This document shows positions 17,082 to 25,722 of a stretch of DNA of 64,000 bases, piece after piece. Source of the stretch: a virus. Below the pieces are notes generated by a model. It made no database searches and was not told the DNA's origin. It saw only the letters and a list, made by a program, of their open reading frames with translations. The position numbers and the translations under genes were made by a program. The first letter of the stretch is position 1; every line of letters starts with the position of its first letter. The stretch lies in IMG/VR virus record IMGVR_UViG_3300040770_000387. One strand, given 5' to 3'.

Positions 17082-20060
17082 ATGTATCCAAGTGAACAAT
17101 GTGATTCTTGCGATGATACACAACAAGCTCCTATCCCCCACGTTATTCCAAATTGCGTAGGGGAACGTTGCCCTGAAGTTATGGGTACTCGTTGTATTAG
17201 ATATGATGGGGTTGCCATTGTATCTATTGGAGTTGAAGCGGGTAATACTCTCAACGACATTTTATTGTTTCTAGCTGAAAGCACTAATCAAGTTCCTAAT
17301 CCTACTGATTGGAATGCTACTACAGGTCCAACACAACTTATCAATAAACCAACAAATGTATCTTCGTTTATAAATGACGCAGGCTACATTACTGTTGCTG
17401 ATATACCTGTGTTTCCAGTAATACCTGTGATACCTACTTTAGTGTCAGCTTTTGTTAATGATGCAGGCTATCTTACTTCTTTTCCCGCTCCGGTGGCACA
17501 GGAAGATAGCGACTGGGAAAGCGTGGTTTCTCCTACCCGAATTATAAACAAACCTTTAATACCTATAGTACCCACAAACGTATCGGATTTTACAAACGAT
17601 GCGGGGTATGTTACAGTCTTAACTCAAAAAGTGCCTAGTTTACAAGACGTTGTTCTGGTAAACAAGGTGGCCGATAGAGTTACGTTTTACCATGAGTTTT
17701 TTCATCAAGGTGTGTTTACACCTAGCAGTTCGTACTATGTAGCTTATGCTAAAGGCGTTGACTCTTTTTACGTCTATGGAAGTTTTACAGGGTATGACGG
17801 AGTAAGTGCAAAACACGTTGTTAAAATAAGAAACGATGGATATATAGACAGCACTTTTATTCCAATACAAACTAGCAATAATCTGGTGTACTTGTCTTTT
17901 GCTATATTAGAAGAACTAGGTACTAAAAAGTTACTAATGACAGGTTGGTTTACCAATATTAACGGTGTAAGTTTACCAAGAATAGCTAGGTTTAATACAG
18001 ATGGTAGTGTTGACAGCACGTTTAATGTAGGTTCTGCATTCAACGATTATACTACAGGAATATGCTACGATGTTACCAATACTAAAATATACGTTGGAGG
18101 TAGGTACTCTAGTTTTAACGGTGTATCTGCGCTTAGAATTGCAAGGTTAAATGTAGACGGCAGTCTTGATACTTCGTTTGTTACAGGTAGCGGGTTTACA
18201 AACGCAACGCTTACCATGCTTCCTGCTACTGATGGAGGTGTCTATGTTACAACTTACTCTGCTACTTATAACGGAGTGTCTTCACCAGGCTTAGTAAAAA
18301 TAGGGCCTACAGGTATAAGAGATGCTAATTTTAACATAGGTTCAGGAATTTTCCCAGTGGGAAGTTTTAACGAAGTTACTAGAGCAACGGACGGAAAAAT
18401 TTACTTACACGGACGTGTCACAAAGTACAATAACATTACAGTAGGTTATATTACAAAGCTGAACCTAGACGGAAGTATTGATGCTACGTTTTTGAGTGGT
18501 ACAGGATTTAACAATGTTGTAGATAGACTTTCGCTTGATGCAAATGGAAGACTTATCGTTATAGGACCGTTTACTTCTTACAACGGATTGACTTCTTACA
18601 AGGGTACAACTATTAGTGGGACCATTATTCTTAACACAGACGGTACAATATACAATGTGCCTCCTTCTGCAGCAGACAACTCTATAGGTCAGTTTATGCA
18701 GTTTTTAGAACAGTTAACAAACGGTTCGTATATTGGTTTTATTGATGGTAAGTTTACTCTTTTAAACAATCAGTTTGTAGGTCAAAGTACAAAAGAATTA
18801 ACTTTTGACGAAACAACAGGTATTGCTGAGTACAACTTGGAGCATTACGAACAAGCGGGTCCTTACGAGTTACTCAATAAAAAAACCACACAGTATTACA
18901 TCAACGATAGGTTAAAAGAACTTACCGTTATAGGAGAAGCACCTGCAGATGGAAAACAATACGCAAGAAAGAACACGGCATGGGTAGAAGTAATTCAAGC
19001 CACAGTACCAACGGTAGTGTCCGCTTTTACTAATGATGCCAACTATATTACTTTAGCTTCGGTACCGACAGTAGTATCTGCATTTACTAACGATTCTGGG
19101 TATATTACTTTAACAAGCATTGCAAATAAAGTTGATAAAGTAGCGGGGGAACGATTAATAAACGCTGCTGAAATTATTAAGTTAAGCAATCAATCAGGCG
19201 TAAATACAGGTGACCAAGATCTTACAGGATTATTCCATGCAAATAGAGCATTTTTAGATCTAGTTAGCGGAACTAATACCGGAGACCAAGACATAAGCGT
19301 TAAAGAGAACATATCAAACAAACAAAACAGCTTAGCTGTTGATGGCACAGGTATAAAATATGCTACAGTAGATGCTGTAAATGCAGGAATCACTAACAGT
19401 ATTTACTGGACTAAAACTACTGATAACATACAAAACAATAACATTGGGCATGTTCAAGTAAAACTTCTTGCAGCAAAACAATTTCAGACGTACAACTCGG
19501 CAGGAACACTTGTGGCTTATATAGACGAAATAGGTATTGGAAGATATGGTGCTGGAACTACCTACACTTCTTTTGGTCCTGCTTCCGCTAACATTCACTT
19601 AGCTATGGTAAGAAGCCAGGCAAATGCGGATTTTACTATAGGTAATCCTCAGATAACACAGCCATACAGCATTCGTTCTAGCAACTACTTTGGTACAAAC
19701 TATTGGGCAGGAAGTTCAGAAACTTCTGCGTCAGCTCTTGCCGAACATTCGTTTAACATAGGGAATGTTATTGGTGATGGCATCACTTCGGGAATTTTTA
19801 GGATTAGCAGAACAAGGCTACAGTCTAAAGTACCGATGAAATATGCGACAGACGTATCGACTTCTTACGATGATAGAACCTTAGTTGACAAATTTTATGT
19901 AGACAACAAACCTTTAAAAAATGATGTTGCTACAGCAAGTCTTACTAACGAAGGCAAACAACGATATTATGTATCTGGTAACAATTCTTATACAGATATT
20001 GTAATGCAAACTGGAGTAGGAATCTACGCCTGGGTTAATATAAAAACAAACACTTGGTAA
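17082..20060 (+). CDS. Tail fibre / receptor-binding protein with delta-60 (DUF5122-like) beta-propeller repeats
   Basis: Cys anchor at the N-terminus; five PTxVSxFxND(A/S)(G/N)Y repeats; RLNxDGSLDTSF-type repeats; EAPADGKQYARKNTAW; two NTGDQD motifs. Confidence 0.8.
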   Translation: MYPSEQCDSCDDTQQAPIPHVIPNCVGERCPEVMGTRCIRYDGVAIVSIGVEAGNTLNDILLFLAESTNQVPNPTDWNATTGPTQLINKPTNVSSFINDAGYITVADIPVFPVIPVIPTLVSAFVNDAGYLTSFPAPVAQEDSDWESVVSPTRIINKPLIPIVPTNVSDFTNDAGYVTVLTQKVPSLQDVVLVNKVADRVTFYHEFFHQGVFTPSSSYYVAYAKGVDSFYVYGSFTGYDGVSAKHVVKIRNDGYIDSTFIPIQTSNNLVYLSFAILEELGTKKLLMTGWFTNINGVSLPRIARFNTDGSVDSTFNVGSAFNDYTTGICYDVTNTKIYVGGRYSSFNGVSALRIARLNVDGSLDTSFVTGSGFTNATLTMLPATDGGVYVTTYSATYNGVSSPGLVKIGPTGIRDANFNIGSGIFPVGSFNEVTRATDGKIYLHGRVTKYNNITVGYITKLNLDGSIDATFLSGTGFNNVVDRLSLDANGRLIVIGPFTSYNGLTSYKGTTISGTIILNTDGTIYNVPPSAADNSIGQFMQFLEQLTNGSYIGFIDGKFTLLNNQFVGQSTKELTFDETTGIAEYNLEHYEQAGPYELLNKKTTQYYINDRLKELTVIGEAPADGKQYARKNTAWVEVIQATVPTVVSAFTNDANYITLASVPTVVSAFTNDSGYITLTSIANKVDKVAGERLINAAEIIKLSNQSGVNTGDQDLTGLFHANRAFLDLVSGTNTGDQDISVKENISNKQNSLAVDGTGIKYATVDAVNAGITNSIYWTKTTDNIQNNNIGHVQVKLLAAKQFQTYNSAGTLVAYIDEIGIGRYGAGTTYTSFGPASANIHLAMVRSQANADFTIGNPQITQPYSIRSSNYFGTNYWAGSSETSASALAEHSFNIGNVIGDGITSGIFRISRTRLQSKVPMKYATDVSTSYDDRTLVDKFYVDNKPLKNDVATASLTNEGKQRYYVSGNNSYTDIVMQTGVGIYAWVNIKTNTW
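19005..19118 (+). repeat. 57-bp coding tandem duplication (VPTVVSAFTND.xYITL)
   Basis: Two adjacent 19-codon copies with synonymous divergence. Confidence 0.85.
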
Positions 20061-20085
20061 TCACTAACACGTAAAACAAAATTTC

Positions 20086-20373
20086 ATGTATCCAAACGAC
20101 AACTGCGGTCCCACAACTACGATGGCACCTTACACTACTGCTGCGCCAGTATCTCCGCCTTCTTGTGTTGGAGAAAAATGTACTGAAGTACTTCAAACAG
20201 AATGCATTCGTTATAATGGCGCAACGCTTGTTGCACTTGGTATAACTTCAGCAGATAACTTAAACGAAATTCTTGTAAAGATCAACGCTGCTTTAGCAAC
20301 ACTTCTTCCTACACCAACTACAACTGTTGCACCAACAACAACTGTTGCTCCAACAACAACTATAGCGCCTTAA
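20086..20373 (+). CDS. Mini fibre-like protein: Cys anchor module flanked by Pro/Thr repeats
   Basis: CVGEKCTEVLQTECIRYNG is paralogous to the 17082 N-terminus; ends PTPTTTVAPTTTVAPTTTIAP. Confidence 0.8.
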   Translation: MYPNDNCGPTTTMAPYTTAAPVSPPSCVGEKCTEVLQTECIRYNGATLVALGITSADNLNEILVKINAALATLLPTPTTTVAPTTTVAPTTTIAP

Positions 20374-20375
20374 TT

Positions 20376-20861
20376 ATGTTAGGATCTCATTCTTCGTTTT
20401 TTAGCCAATCAAGCTTTGTTCTTTCTAAATGCAGAAACAAAGTCTCTCGTTTGTTAGATTTAAAAGGGTACGCCTATGTTGAAATCTTAGTTTACCTTAG
20501 AGCGTTTGATTTTTTTTGTAAATACCCAAAAGAATTTGATGGAGCAACTATTGTAAAAGACTTGGTAGATATTCCAGGTTTAGACATGGACGCTATGTTA
20601 CACGATTATCATTACGTGCAATACAATGTCAAAGCTAGTTTTGAACTTAAGTGGAAAGCAGACTGGATTTATGCTAAAGGCAACGAACGCAAAGGCAAAG
20701 GATCGTACAGTTCCTATAGCAGGTTTGTCATTTTATCTTTGATAAACTTCTTGTATGTTCCTTTTTCAAGAATACGTTCTGGAAAAATATCTAAAGCACA
20801 ACGCATTCAATTTTTGACAGACTACGACTTGCTAATAAAAAAACAACGTCGTGTAAATTAA
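20376..20861 (+). CDS. DUF1353-like protein
   Basis: FDGAT...AMLHDYHY...KADWIY matches the DGAS...HDYLY...AD signature; hydrophobic segment near the C-terminus. Confidence 0.65.
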   Translation: MLGSHSSFFSQSSFVLSKCRNKVSRLLDLKGYAYVEILVYLRAFDFFCKYPKEFDGATIVKDLVDIPGLDMDAMLHDYHYVQYNVKASFELKWKADWIYAKGNERKGKGSYSSYSRFVILSLINFLYVPFSRIRSGKISKAQRIQFLTDYDLLIKKQRRVN

Positions 20862-20870
20862 GCTATTATT

Positions 20871-21782
20871 ATGTATTACATCTGCGCACAACCTGCTGAG
20901 ACTTATTTCTACTGGCAAATTCGAGCTATGCTTTACAGCTTTCGCAAACAAAGCGTGCCTATGGATAAGGTACATGTAGTTTTAGGAATCAAAGGTTCCC
21001 TACCAGAGCAATACAAAGTACTACTAAAAGAATACCCTGCAGTCTTTTTTGCTACTTATCAAGATGATCGACCGCTTGGGGAGTATGCAGCAAGTGCTAA
21101 ACCTTACTTAATGCACAAACATTACAAGCAAAACAAGTGGCTTGAGAAAGAAGCTGTTTTTTATCATGACTGTGATATTGTTTTAACCAGGCCTTTAGAC
21201 TTTCATGATATGCTTGATGATGATATTCTGTATGTCTCAGATACTATTTCCTATCTCGGGTATGAGTATATCAAATCTAAAGGAGATCGTCCTTTAGAGA
21301 TCATGCTAGAGGTTGTTGGTATTTCTGAACAAACTGTAAAAGAAAACCAGATTCATTCTGGTGGCGCACAGTATCTCTTAAAAAGTGTAGATGTAGCTTT
21401 TTGGGCAAAAGTCTATACCGATTGCAACAAGCTTTTTCAAACGCTTTCGGCACACAACAGCAGTTTAGAGAAAACAGCAGAGTATCCAATACAAGTATGG
21501 TGCGCAGAAATGTGGGCTACATTGTGGAACCTTTGGGTTTACGGCCTTAAAACAAAAGTGCACCCAAGGTTAGAATTCTCTTGGGCTACATTTTCTACTG
21601 CAGATTATAACCGCTGCGCTATTTATCACAACGCAGGAGTAAACGATGGGCATTCCGGAATGTTTTACAAAGGAGCTCACACTAAAATATTGCCTTACGG
21701 GTTAGACTTACAATTAAATACTGACCTTGCTTCTCACAACTACTACCTTTTAGTTCAAGAAAGTAATACGGCACAAGTCTAA
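20871..21782 (+). CDS. GT-A glycosyltransferase, HPAT/SERGT1 (GT95/GT96)-like
   Basis: YFYWQ...YSF, AKPYL..HY, YHDCDIVLTRP (DxD), SGGAQYL, WCAEMWA and YHNAG follow the motif order of plant peptide O-glycosyltransferases. Confidence 0.75.
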   Translation: MYYICAQPAETYFYWQIRAMLYSFRKQSVPMDKVHVVLGIKGSLPEQYKVLLKEYPAVFFATYQDDRPLGEYAASAKPYLMHKHYKQNKWLEKEAVFYHDCDIVLTRPLDFHDMLDDDILYVSDTISYLGYEYIKSKGDRPLEIMLEVVGISEQTVKENQIHSGGAQYLLKSVDVAFWAKVYTDCNKLFQTLSAHNSSLEKTAEYPIQVWCAEMWATLWNLWVYGLKTKVHPRLEFSWATFSTADYNRCAIYHNAGVNDGHSGMFYKGAHTKILPYGLDLQLNTDLASHNYYLLVQESNTAQV

Positions 21783-21820
21783 CAGAAAGACGAATTGTTG
21801 GTTTTCGTCTGAAAGTCAGA

Positions 21821-21861
21821 GCTCTCGGGGTATTAACTCGAGAGCAGCTTGTGTTTTTTTT
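21821..21861 (+). terminator. Rho-independent terminator
   Basis: GCTCTCGGG/CTCGAGAGC stem (21821-21845) followed by a T8 tract; preceded by small hairpins AGACGAA/TTCGTCT and TCTGA/TCAGA. Confidence 0.7.
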
Positions 21862-21893
21862 ACACCATTAGAGCTTTTCTCACAAAAAAAAAC

Positions 21894-21901
21894 TAAATTT
21901 G
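21894..21901 (+). promoter_or_regulatory. Candidate Bacteroidota sigma-70-type -7 element (TAAATTTG)
   Basis: Matches TAnnTTTG, 60 nt upstream of ATG 21961. No clear -33 TTTG. Confidence 0.35.
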
Positions 21902-21960
21902 TTAAGTTTAGTTTCCACCCCAGAATCTACCATAGTATCACTTAACTTAAACCTAGCTTT

Positions 21961-23271
21961 ATGAGTAACATCGAGTCTGTTTATCATCACGTGAAACAAC
22001 ACGTTCACGCGAGTTTAAAAAGAAAGAGCAACCCTATACCACAGGCTGCAGCATTGGGAATCTCCCCTGACGAATACACAAAAATTAGAGATGGTATTCT
22101 GAAAGTAATGGGCGAGTCCGGCCCCGCAATGGACGGTATTATGCTTACTATGTTGCAGAATTCTCTTAGTGGAAAACCTTTAGGAGGATTTATGATAGAA
22201 GAAGAAGATGCTCAACTCACAGCATTTCATGAAAACCTAGATGCAAAAACTGGAAAAATAACAGGGTTAAGTTCTACTGAACCACGATCGCCCGAAGACA
22301 TTATCCGGATCTTGAAAATTGACACCACTGTCTGGAAACTATCTCAGTTCTGGAACAAAGAAAAAGGAAACAAATGGCTTGTCTCAGCCTTAGTTACAAG
22401 AGTTGCACAAACCCAAGTACAACAAGATAGTTTTCTTACCTCCCTTGAAAGCTACAAATTCCCACAATTCCCTCCCCTTACTCCCGTACAAATTTATCTT
22501 AACGAACACGTCCTTGAAAAAGTATGTGGCGTAATCTCTATGCAGGATTTGCATTTTGGAAAAACAGGTAACGATGACATGGGGAAAATTCTTAATGACG
22601 CCGTTCGGTATCTTATTGGAAAAGCGTACAGTAATTACCAACTAGAAAAGATTGTTTTAGTTATAGGGCCCGATACACTTAACATGGATACTTTTGACGG
22701 AACAACAACAAAGGGAACTCCAGTTGAAAATTCAAAGAGTCCTACTGATACGTATCTTATGGCATTCGAGGCTATCTGTGAAGCAGTAAACAACTTGCAA
22801 CAGTATTGTCAGAACCTTGAGATTGTATTCATCCCAGGTAATCACGACAGGCTTAGTTCATTTCATCTTTTGCACGCCGTTGCACAATCGTTTAAACTTT
22901 GCGAAAACATTATATTCAATACACACTATGCAGAACGCAAAGTGGTAGTATACGGAAAGAGTATGATCTGCATGGAACACGGAGATGTAAATTGCAAAAA
23001 TAACCCACTTGTTTATGCAGTGGAATTTCCAGAACAGTGGGGTATATGCACATACCGAATTCTTTACACTGGACATTACCACGGCAGAAAAACAAAAGAA
23101 GTCATTACAGAAAACGAAGAGCACGGATTCATCACACGAATTATTCCTGCTCTTACTTCAACTGACTACTATCATTACCATAACAAATACGTAGGGAACA
23201 AGCGTTCAGCATTGATGCATTTGCATGATGCCGAGAAAGGCTTGATCTCAGAATTTACGTATTCGTTGTAA
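21961..23271 (+). CDS. Calcineurin-like metallophosphoesterase with N-terminal HTH-like segment
   Basis: SMQDLHFG, PGNHD, MEHGD and TGHYH motifs; N-terminal QAAALGISPDEY. Confidence 0.85.
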   Translation: MSNIESVYHHVKQHVHASLKRKSNPIPQAAALGISPDEYTKIRDGILKVMGESGPAMDGIMLTMLQNSLSGKPLGGFMIEEEDAQLTAFHENLDAKTGKITGLSSTEPRSPEDIIRILKIDTTVWKLSQFWNKEKGNKWLVSALVTRVAQTQVQQDSFLTSLESYKFPQFPPLTPVQIYLNEHVLEKVCGVISMQDLHFGKTGNDDMGKILNDAVRYLIGKAYSNYQLEKIVLVIGPDTLNMDTFDGTTTKGTPVENSKSPTDTYLMAFEAICEAVNNLQQYCQNLEIVFIPGNHDRLSSFHLLHAVAQSFKLCENIIFNTHYAERKVVVYGKSMICMEHGDVNCKNNPLVYAVEFPEQWGICTYRILYTGHYHGRKTKEVITENEEHGFITRIIPALTSTDYYHYHNKYVGNKRSALMHLHDAEKGLISEFTYSL

Positions 23272-23310
23272 GATAGTCTTCAGAACTCTTCCCAATGTCC
23301 TTATTTTTTA

Positions 23311-23328
23311 GTAAATTCTTAGTGTAGG
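23311..23328 (+). promoter_or_regulatory. Candidate late promoter motif GTAAATTCTTAGTGTAGG
   Basis: 16/18 identical to 39070-39087; preceded by a T-tract. Confidence 0.5.
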
Positions 23329-23334
23329 TAACGT

Positions 23335-23913
23335 ATGAAAACAGCCAATAGACCCAACCTTAATGCTCCTCGTTTTAGAAAGACAACAGAGGGCACTCTT
23401 AACGCACAGTTCATTACTGCAATTCGTGCTAAATTGCCTTATTGCAAGGACATGAGTCCTGAACAAATCAAAGCAGTAGTCTTAGCTTTTAACGGAAACG
23501 TTTGGGCAAGTGTTATTGACAAACGAGACGGAGTTGAATTGCCAGAACAATTGGGTCACATTTTTATAGGTTCCTGCCCTGCCAAAAAAAGCAACGTAGA
23601 TTTTAAAGCTAGTGCGGATTACATGCAGGTCATACAACATCGAAACTGGGAGAGTGATGAGTATCTGGCAAAGATTTTCTATACTACTTACGGTACCAAA
23701 TACAGGTTTAAAAATCACGAGCTTTGGGGCTTCACTGCTACCCGAGCATTTACCCGGACCGTAGGAAAGACCTACCCCATAAAATGGAGACAATACCTTG
23801 AGGTAGACCCTAAAGTAAAAATATCCAGAATGTACCGAAACGACTCGGTTAGAATGGATAAAAAAGAAGTAGAAAAAGAACTTCTAGAATCCTACGACGA
23901 GTTCGACTTATAA
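23335..23913 (+). CDS. HU/IHF-like DNA-binding protein
   Basis: QIKAVVLAFNGNVWASVIDKRDGVELPEQLGHIFIG resembles the HU/IHF helix-strand core; crAss-like phages carry IHF-like genes at this position. Confidence 0.7.
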   Translation: MKTANRPNLNAPRFRKTTEGTLNAQFITAIRAKLPYCKDMSPEQIKAVVLAFNGNVWASVIDKRDGVELPEQLGHIFIGSCPAKKSNVDFKASADYMQVIQHRNWESDEYLAKIFYTTYGTKYRFKNHELWGFTATRAFTRTVGKTYPIKWRQYLEVDPKVKISRMYRNDSVRMDKKEVEKELLESYDEFDL

Positions 23914-23921
23914 CACGAACT

Positions 23922-24593
23922 ATGACAACAATCGGCGAAGTATTATCAAGAATGAGAAACCAGTTTAAAGCGGTTACTCCAGACGCGTTTATGACAGACC
24001 GGTTTCTTTATTCATTGGTAAAGAAACATGCAGCTTTGTTTTTGCGCAGGCAAGACAACTTAAATCGCATCATGAAATTCAACAGTGTGTTTCAAGCACT
24101 TGATTTTGTGGAGTTAATTGAAGTCGATCGTGCTGAATCGCAATGCCACGGTATTGCCAGCGGCTGCATTATCAAACGCACTAAACTTAAAATACCCACG
24201 CTTCTTGAAGGATACTATGGTCCGCTGATTCGTTCTGTAAGTTCGATTGATTTCTCAGAAGATCTTACCCCTACTTTTCCATCTACTTATGAATCCATGA
24301 GTAGACAAAAGACTTTTAAGTATAATTCTAAAAAGTACTTTTGGTATCTTAACGGTTACTTATACTTTCCCAATCTCCAGTGGGATGCCATCCGTTTGGA
24401 AGGAGTCTTTGAAGGAGACGTAAGCAAGTACAATTGCGACCCTACTGATGATTGTGCTTACATGCAAGACTCTTTTTTTAATGTACCTGATTACTTGTTT
24501 CCTGAAATAGAACAAGCTGTTGCAAGAGATCTGGGTGTTAGAATGCAAATTCCAGAAGATGTTCAGCATGACAATCGCAACATAAACCGATAA
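23922..24593 (+). CDS. Tail ring (tubular) protein
   Basis: IKRTKLKIP, KYFWYLNGYLY, FNVPDYLF pattern; position between IHF and muzzle. Confidence 0.65.
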   Translation: MTTIGEVLSRMRNQFKAVTPDAFMTDRFLYSLVKKHAALFLRRQDNLNRIMKFNSVFQALDFVELIEVDRAESQCHGIASGCIIKRTKLKIPTLLEGYYGPLIRSVSSIDFSEDLTPTFPSTYESMSRQKTFKYNSKKYFWYLNGYLYFPNLQWDAIRLEGVFEGDVSKYNCDPTDDCAYMQDSFFNVPDYLFPEIEQAVARDLGVRMQIPEDVQHDNRNINR

Positions 24594-24609
24594 CTAACCG
24601 TCCCAGATA

Positions 24610-25701
24610 ATGAAGACCGAAACCCAATACCGCAGCTTTGACGAACTGTTAGACAGTGTAAGAATTGACATGCGAACCTTTGATCTCGAAGGAATGATTA
24701 ATCCCCAAGAACTTATTAAAGTGGTACTGCGTGTAAACTACGAGCTGGGTCTTAAAATAAATCCTTCTCGTTCTAAACCTATTGAACTCTACAAAGGGAA
24801 AGCTAAACTTCCCAATGATTTTTACGTACTTAATTTTGCTTTGCTTTGCAATGGTAAAACGCGTAAAGAAGAACAAGACACATACAAGACTTATTCTCAA
24901 GGTATTGCCGAAGGAACGCTTATAGCTTCTCAAAAAATAAGACTTGAAGGAGACACAGGTCCTGTTCGTCAAGATACTATTTACACTACTCTTGTACAAG
25001 GACGTAATGTTATAAACCACAATCTTGGTACTTCTAATGTAGTACTGCAAATATTTGCGGAAGACAACACGATGTTAAGCTTTGAAGTAGAAATGCCAAA
25101 TGCCACAACGATTTATATTTACAACGAAACGGAAGTAGTAATAGCTAATGTAAAAATAGTTGTAATTGGTGCTCCCGATGTTGCCAGAAACGTGGCTGTT
25201 GCAGATCTTATAGGATCACCAGGCAAAGGGGCCATAGTGCGCTACAGTCTTAATGGAGTTCGTACTGAATATGCTAATCCAATTGCGTTACGTTTGGAAA
25301 AAAGCAAGAGTGTATCTAGCGAGTGTTTTAATTTGACATCGCGGTCTCCTTTTTCTGCAGCACTTAAGAACGGCTTTATTGTCAGTAATTTTGACGAGGG
25401 CATCATCTACCTGAACTACCAAAGTTTAATGGAAGACGACCAAGGTAACTTGATTGTACTAGACCATCCACTTTGTAACGAATACTACGAGTACGCAATC
25501 AAAATGCGCATCTACGAAAACTTACTAATGAACGGAGAAAATGTTGCCAACTTAATGCAACTGATGGAACAAAGATTAAGATCAGCAAGAAACAATGCTT
25601 TGTCATTTATGAACACACCAGACTTTGCAGAAATGCGTAAAGTTTGGGAACTGAACAGAAAAGCGCAGTATCATAATTACTTTGACATGTTCAAGCGTTA
25701 A
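24610..25701 (+). CDS. Tail ring (tubular) protein with an inserted beta domain
   Basis: KAKLPNDFY, GIIYLNY...EYYEYAIK ring-like ends; the middle INHNLGTSNVVLQIF segment appears to be an insertion. Confidence 0.65.
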   Translation: MKTETQYRSFDELLDSVRIDMRTFDLEGMINPQELIKVVLRVNYELGLKINPSRSKPIELYKGKAKLPNDFYVLNFALLCNGKTRKEEQDTYKTYSQGIAEGTLIASQKIRLEGDTGPVRQDTIYTTLVQGRNVINHNLGTSNVVLQIFAEDNTMLSFEVEMPNATTIYIYNETEVVIANVKIVVIGAPDVARNVAVADLIGSPGKGAIVRYSLNGVRTEYANPIALRLEKSKSVSSECFNLTSRSPFSAALKNGFIVSNFDEGIIYLNYQSLMEDDQGNLIVLDHPLCNEYYEYAIKMRIYENLLMNGENVANLMQLMEQRLRSARNNALSFMNTPDFAEMRKVWELNRKAQYHNYFDMFKR

Positions 25702-25722
25702 TATTAAATCAGCCCCTTTCAA

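Noticed and set aside
21781-21845. Hammerhead ribozyme (GAAA, stems, CTGAAAG)
   Set aside because: There is no CUGANGA core and the would-be cleavage base is G; better explained as terminator-associated hairpins.
21853-21893. T8 and A9 tracts as a phase-variation or antitermination switch
   Set aside because: They are non-coding homopolymers consistent with a terminator tail and an UP-like element; a single sequence gives no evidence of variation.
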